In this document: in pieces, positions 59,035-64,000 of the stretch | Layout: every line of letters begins with the position of its first letter | Numbering within the stretch: the stretch's first letter is position 1 | Origin: a virus | Direction: 5' to 3' (one strand) | IMG/VR virus record: IMGVR_UViG_3300046167_000032 | Coordinates: 1 to 64,000 of that record | Length of the DNA stretch: 64,000 nucleotides | Position numbers and translations under genes: made by a program | Notes under the pieces: model-generated | What the model saw: only the letters and a program-made list of their open reading frames with translations | The model's database searches: none | What the model was told of the DNA's origin: nothing

Positions 59035-62000
59035 TTATCTCGCCTTTAGTTCTTCGATTTCAGCTTTAAGTTCTTTGATTGCTTCAATCATTAATCCATG
59101 AAGTTGATCATACTGCACTGTCTTGTATTCAGTCTCATCATCTTCACCCATCTTGAGAGGTAATGTACTTTCAGTAATTGCACTTGGCATTACCTTCTCG
59201 ACTTCTTGGGCGATAACACCAGCAGACTTTTTGCCATCGGCTAGGTATTCAAATGTGTAACCATTTAGCTGTGATACTTTATCTAAGGCATTGTCTATCT
59301 TCACGATGTCTTTCTTTAGACGCTCATCAGAGACTGTTGTAGAATAAGCAACAACGTTACCTTCAACGTGTAGGTCGCCATCATTCTCAAGGCGCATGTC
59401 TTCTGCACCATCTAAATACCACTTGTGAGTTGTCGTTCCAACAAGGTAGTAATCGTTAGTGTCACGACCCATGTAGAAAATCTCACCACGACAGTCGCCG
59501 CCGTTGATTGTGCCTGTTACTGTGACACCGCTTGATGTTGTTTCAAATTTCTTGGAGTTGTTGTGGTATAGCTCTACTGCTCCATTCGGTATAGCTTTAA
59601 TCATATTTTCGGATGCAGTTTTAATCTGGATTGGGTGGTCATTTACAGCAACAATCTGATTGAAGCCGCCAGCATCATGGTAAATCTTTAAATCATGTGA
59701 GTTACCAACTCTTAATTCTTTGTTATCTGCTAATTCAATGTGAGAACCAAATGTAGCAATCCCACCTTCAGACATATCAAGTGTGAGGGCTGTAATACCA
59801 GAACCGCCATCATTGCCTTTAAATACAATGTCTCCGTCTTGTTCCCCAGACCTTAACACAAAATTACTAGAAGCCTTTTCAACTACTCCGTAAATAGTTC
59901 CAGCGTCTTGAAAATAAACTGTACCACTATTATCAGCATCAAGTTTTATAACTCCTGCAACATCTAAGGTTAGGTCGCCGTTATCTGCAAAAATCCTACC
60001 GTTTGTTCCATCGCTGTTTATGGATAAATCTGCCCCTGCTCCCATCTTGACATAAGCGCCATCAGGAAAAGTTGCATCGTGATTAAAGATTGCTGTACCA
60101 GCATCAGACATATCAAGACGAAGGGCTTCTCTCTCTACGCCACCATCATTACCTCTAAAAATAATGTCTTTGTCTTCGATTATAGATTTAAAAACTGCAT
60201 CTTCACCATTCCTTCTAATACTTGCAAAGTGTAATCCACCATCCTTAAAAATGATATCAGCACCATCCGCATCAAGAATAATCTCCCCTGCGGAATCTAG
60301 TGTTAGGTCGCCAGATGGACTAGCTATAGAGCCATCTAAGTAGAAGTCTTTAAAACGGCGGCTTGTACTCCCTAGATCAACAGTATTATTTGATGTAGTA
60401 CCATAATTGTTAGTTGGTATGACACTGCCAGATGCGAAAGACAAACCAACATGATTTGTAGTTGATGAATATATTACAAGGTCATCAGATTTAGTCCCAA
60501 TATTACCTACAGTTGTGCTGTCTTTGCGGAAGTTGAGTATGTCGCCATCAGAGTTTAGCCTTCCAAAATATCCTGATGTCTGACCATCAGCCACAGCGGC
60601 TATTGCATCAAGGTCTGACCTAAGTTTTATACCTTGACTTACTGTTGCTTGGCTAGTAGTACCCACCAACAAGTTGCCTGATGAGTCTATACGCATTGTC
60701 TCCCCCGACCCACCAACATTTGTAAAAACAAGAGGTGCGGCAGAAGATGATGAGGTAGCAGTTCCACTTTGAATATAATTTACGCCGCCTGTGCTAACAA
60801 GCCGCATGGCAGAGTTACTGCTGGAAATATACTGCTCACCAGCGGTTGAGTTATAAACGTGCAAACCCCCACTAGGCGAACTCGTCCCAATACCAACTCG
60901 GCCTGACGAATCTAATGTCATAGCAGTGCTTGATGCATTATCATCAATACCTGTAGATTCAAAACCTGCAATAGTACCAGTCATAGTACCACCAGCTAGT
61001 GGTAGTTTAGTAGCAATAGAGTTTGTTATAGTAGTACTAAATGATGCATCATCGTTTAAAGCTGCGGCTAACTCATTAAGTGTATTAAGAGAACCCGGTG
61101 AGCTATCTACAAGGTTAGCAATAGCTGTGTCTGTATAAGCTTTGATAGACTGTTGTGTGGCTAGTGCTGTTGCACTGTTAGATGCCATATTATCTTCATC
61201 AAGTATGTTTGTAATAGACACAGAGCCTGTACCAGATAAACTATCAAACTCAACCGATCCACCAACGTCTAAGTTACCTGTCATAGTACCGCCAGATAAG
61301 TTTAGTTTTTCTGTATCATTAGCTAATGGAATCCAGTTACCTGCATGTGCGAAGTAACCTTTACCTGTTGCATGAACGTGAGCAAACATACCGTGATAAG
61401 TTGATGCACTTGGTAAGTCTGATAATTGAGAATATACGTTACCGAATAGAACTTTATTGCCGTTACCATCAATGTCACCTGTCATAGTGCCACCAGCTAG
61501 ACCTAAGAACCTAGCATCAGATGCTGTCTTACTATAGTGATCTGCAAGTTGGAATGTACCGTAACCTACGATGTCAATAATATCACCAGCAGTAGCACCT
61601 GCACTTAGTACTACAGTAGAACCGCTTGTAGCTGTTACGTCTGTACCGACTAAAAGTTTTACACCATTAAGATATACATCTACGTAGCCTACATCATATG
61701 TTGCAGAGAATGTAGTCTGTCCTGATGTAGCAGTATATGTGTTACGACCAGATGTACCATTAACTGATGAACCTGCCGCTTGCCAACCACCTGATCCACT
61801 ACGAACAAACATAATGTTACTTGTAGTGTTAAAATACAATGCACCTGCTATTAAAGCGTCACCATCATTGTCTACTGAAGGAGCAGATGATTTAGCACCT
61901 AAGTATCTGTCGTCAAAGTCATCATAAGAATTAGCGGCATTAGTAGCACTGGTAGCCGCAGCTGTTGCTGAGTTAGCTGAGTTTGTAGCTGATGTTGCCG

Positions 62001-63813
62001 CTTGAGTAGCTGAAGTAGCCGCTTGAGTAGCACTTGCCGCCGCCGCTGTATTAGAACCTGCGATACTATCAACATACAGTTTTGTTGCCGCATCAGTATT
62101 AACAGTAGGTGTACCTAATCCAGTAATCTTATTGCCACCCATAGCTATAGCAGATGCCATAGTACCACCTGATTTTAGTAAGGCAGTTGTGTCAACGTAG
62201 TTCTTAGTAGCACCATCTTGATTAGCAGTAGGATCACCTAGTCCAGTTATCTTACTTGTACCCATAGCTATAGCACCAGACATAGTGCCACCTGATAAGT
62301 TTAACTTAGTAGCATCTTGTGCATCTACATAACCTTTACGAGATAGCTCATCATTTGTTGCAGGGTTAGCTGTAGATGTTACAGCGTTAGTACCCATTAC
62401 AATGTCACCTGTTAGTGTTCCACCAGCTAGAGGTAACTTAGTAGCTATAGAATTAGTAATAGTAGTTGAGAAGTTTGCATCGTCATTGATTGCCGCAGCT
62501 AACTCGTTAAGAGTATTTAGGGCATCAGGAGATGAGTCAACTAAAGCAGACACCTCAGTGTCTACATATCCCTTAGTAGCGGCATCTGTTGAAGCACTTG
62601 GAGCACCTAAGCCTGTTACTTTACTACCGCCCATAGCAATAGCACCTGACATAGTTCCACCAGACAAGTTAAGCTTTAGTGCATCTGCAGTATCTACATA
62701 GTTCTTTGTAGCCGCATCTTGAGCACTGGTTGGATCAGTAACATTAGCAATAGTTGTACCTGTAACATCTAGTGTACCGTTTACAGTTACATTGTTAAAT
62801 GTAGATAAACCTGACCCTGCAGTTACATTACCCGTCACATTGCCTGTAAGATTACCAGTAACGTTACCTGTGATATTGCCTATTACGTTACCTGTAAGTG
62901 GGCCTACAAGACTTGAACCTGTAATTGTTGTACCTGTGATTGCGGCTGTAGAAGAAGCACCAATAATAGTACCATCAATATTACCACCGTTTATATCTAC
63001 AGTAGCTAACGTAGCCTGACCAGATGTAGAGACTGTAGTAAAGCTACCAGCAACGGCTGTTGATGCACCTATAACTGTATTGTCTATATTACCTGCATTA
63101 ATGTCTACAGTAGTTAATGTTGATGTTCCTGTAGCTGTTAGGTCTGTCACAGTAGCAGGTGAAGCTGATGAAGCACCAATAGTTGTACCATCAATAGAAC
63201 CTGCATTAATATCTACAGTAGCAAGAGTAGAAGTACCTGTAGCACTTAGTGTAGTAAATGAACCAGCACCAGCAGTTGTACCACCTATAGTTACGTTATC
63301 TATAGCACCAGAGTTTATGTCTACAGAAGTAATAACACCTGTAGTTATATTAGCTGTGCTTAGGGTAGTTGTTCCAGTAACACCTAATGTACTTCCTATA
63401 GTAAACGTACCTGCAACTGCACCATTAATATCTACATCTAGTGTATCTATGTGTGCTGTACCATCTAAGTATAAATCTTTAAACTCTAAACCAGATGTAC
63501 CTAAGTCTATATCATTAGTTATTACAGGTATAATAGCCCCATCAGAGAAGCGTATTTGTTCTACTGCGGCTGAAGATACCTCTACAAAGACACCTACTTG
63601 ATTAGTAGCAGTGTTTATGACGACTTTGTTTAGTGCGTCAACATCACCGATAAGAGGAATGTAACCACCTTCTCCTGTTGAGCCATCGTGCTTGTGTCCA
63701 CTTGATACAGCGAATGCATCACGGAGTTTGTTATACTCGGCGTTAATAGGCGCTGCACGAACTGTAGCTGTTGGTATTATGTCTGCTGAAGACTGTCTTA
63801 CGTAACCTGCCAA
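59035..63813 (-). CDS. Tail fibre 1 (allele B) with C-terminal peptidase S74 intramolecular chaperone
   Basis: SDERLKKDI...GVIAQEVEKVMP...IEAIKEL; N-terminal ~945 aa shared with allele A. Confidence 0.92.
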   Translation of the reverse strand: MAGYVRQSSADIIPTATVRAAPINAEYNKLRDAFAVSSGHKHDGSTGEGGYIPLIGDVDALNKVVINTATNQVGVFVEVSSAAVEQIRFSDGAIIPVITNDIDLGTSGLEFKDLYLDGTAHIDTLDVDINGAVAGTFTIGSTLGVTGTTTLSTANITTGVITSVDINSGAIDNVTIGGTTAGAGSFTTLSATGTSTLATVDINAGSIDGTTIGASSASPATVTDLTATGTSTLTTVDINAGNIDNTVIGASTAVAGSFTTVSTSGQATLATVDINGGNIDGTIIGASSTAAITGTTITGSSLVGPLTGNVIGNITGNVTGNLTGNVTGNVTAGSGLSTFNNVTVNGTLDVTGTTIANVTDPTSAQDAATKNYVDTADALKLNLSGGTMSGAIAMGGSKVTGLGAPSASTDAATKGYVDTEVSALVDSSPDALNTLNELAAAINDDANFSTTITNSIATKLPLAGGTLTGDIVMGTNAVTSTANPATNDELSRKGYVDAQDATKLNLSGGTMSGAIAMGTSKITGLGDPTANQDGATKNYVDTTALLKSGGTMASAIAMGGNKITGLGTPTVNTDAATKLYVDSIAGSNTAAAASATQAATSATQAATSATNSANSATAAATSATNAANSYDDFDDRYLGAKSSAPSVDNDGDALIAGALYFNTTSNIMFVRSGSGGWQAAGSSVNGTSGRNTYTATSGQTTFSATYDVGYVDVYLNGVKLLVGTDVTATSGSTVVLSAGATAGDIIDIVGYGTFQLADHYSKTASDARFLGLAGGTMTGDIDGNGNKVLFGNVYSQLSDLPSASTYHGMFAHVHATGKGYFAHAGNWIPLANDTEKLNLSGGTMTGNLDVGGSVEFDSLSGTGSVSITNILDEDNMASNSATALATQQSIKAYTDTAIANLVDSSPGSLNTLNELAAALNDDASFSTTITNSIATKLPLAGGTMTGTIAGFESTGIDDNASSTAMTLDSSGRVGIGTSSPSGGLHVYNSTAGEQYISSSNSAMRLVSTGGVNYIQSGTATSSSSAAPLVFTNVGGSGETMRIDSSGNLLVGTTSQATVSQGIKLRSDLDAIAAVADGQTSGYFGRLNSDGDILNFRKDSTTVGNIGTKSDDLVIYSSTTNHVGLSFASGSVIPTNNYGTTSNNTVDLGSTSRRFKDFYLDGSIASPSGDLTLDSAGEIILDADGADIIFKDGGLHFASIRRNGEDAVFKSIIEDKDIIFRGNDGGVEREALRLDMSDAGTAIFNHDATFPDGAYVKMGAGADLSINSDGTNGRIFADNGDLTLDVAGVIKLDADNSGTVYFQDAGTIYGVVEKASSNFVLRSGEQDGDIVFKGNDGGSGITALTLDMSEGGIATFGSHIELADNKELRVGNSHDLKIYHDAGGFNQIVAVNDHPIQIKTASENMIKAIPNGAVELYHNNSKKFETTSSGVTVTGTINGGDCRGEIFYMGRDTNDYYLVGTTTHKWYLDGAEDMRLENDGDLHVEGNVVAYSTTVSDERLKKDIVKIDNALDKVSQLNGYTFEYLADGKKSAGVIAQEVEKVMPSAITESTLPLKMGEDDETEYKTVQYDQLHGLMIEAIKELKAEIEELKAR

Positions 63814-63817
63814 AGTA

Positions 63818-64000
63818 TTATCTCCTGTCGGCTGTCTCATACGTCAAGGCTACTGCCTGTATAGTATGACTTGCATTTGTATTATTCGTAACATAACTTA
63901 TTGAAACAGAGTTACCTGATCCAGATATATTTGTAAGTGTTTTAGGTGAGGGATTACCATCATATATACCACCTGCTCCATATATAGCTGTACCATAAAT
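63818..64000 (-). CDS. 3' end of tail tubular protein B (copy B), truncated by window edge
   Basis: Matches 8390-8572 with two SNPs. Confidence 0.9.
   Translation of the reverse strand: MYGTAIYGAGGIYDGNPSPKTLTNISGSGNSVSISYVTNNTNASHTIQAVALTYETADRR

Larger units (their letters stand above)
54568..64000. repeat. Copy B of non-identical genome-scale direct repeat (partner 1-8572)
   Basis: See copy A; 861 bp longer. Confidence 0.97.

Noticed and set aside
389-63601. Numerous antisense ORFs in the track (e.g. 5200-5709, 15931-16620, 63080-63601)
   Set aside because: Shadows of real genes caused by codon bias; no RBS or recognisable motifs

Overview
The whole window is dsDNA phage sequence with no host genes. 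It is a marine podovirus of the HMO-2011 type, identified by a family A DNA polymerase with an inserted DnaJ-type zinc finger, a tyrosine integrase directly upstream of primase/helicase, a class II RNR and ThyX. A Rhodobacteraceae/alphaproteobacterial host is inferred. Layout: minus-strand morphogenesis and lysis genes (1-23.9 kb), a non-coding divergence region (23.9-24.8 kb), plus-strand early and replication genes (24.8-44.0 kb), then minus-strand internal-virion, envelope and tail genes (44.1-64 kb). The window spans about 1.17 genome lengths: 1-8572 recurs at 54568-64000 (unit about 54.6-55.4 kb). The two copies are not identical: they differ by scattered SNPs and carry different receptor-binding cassettes in both tail-fibre genes. 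Main points of interest: (i) tail fibres built from exchangeable modules joined by short DNA-conserved linkers, with one module found in fibre 2 of one copy and fibre 1 of the other; (ii) seven copies of a 16-bp palindrome, AGTCCAAYGTTGGACT, mostly at early-gene boundaries; (iii) a seven-gene operon of secreted and membrane proteins, including pilin-like and chaperone-like products; (iv) a structured leader on the capsid gene and an uncalled DUF1127 gene with a sequestered RBS. Four single-base insertions break genes and look like long-read errors. All product calls come from recognising motifs by eye; no searches were run.
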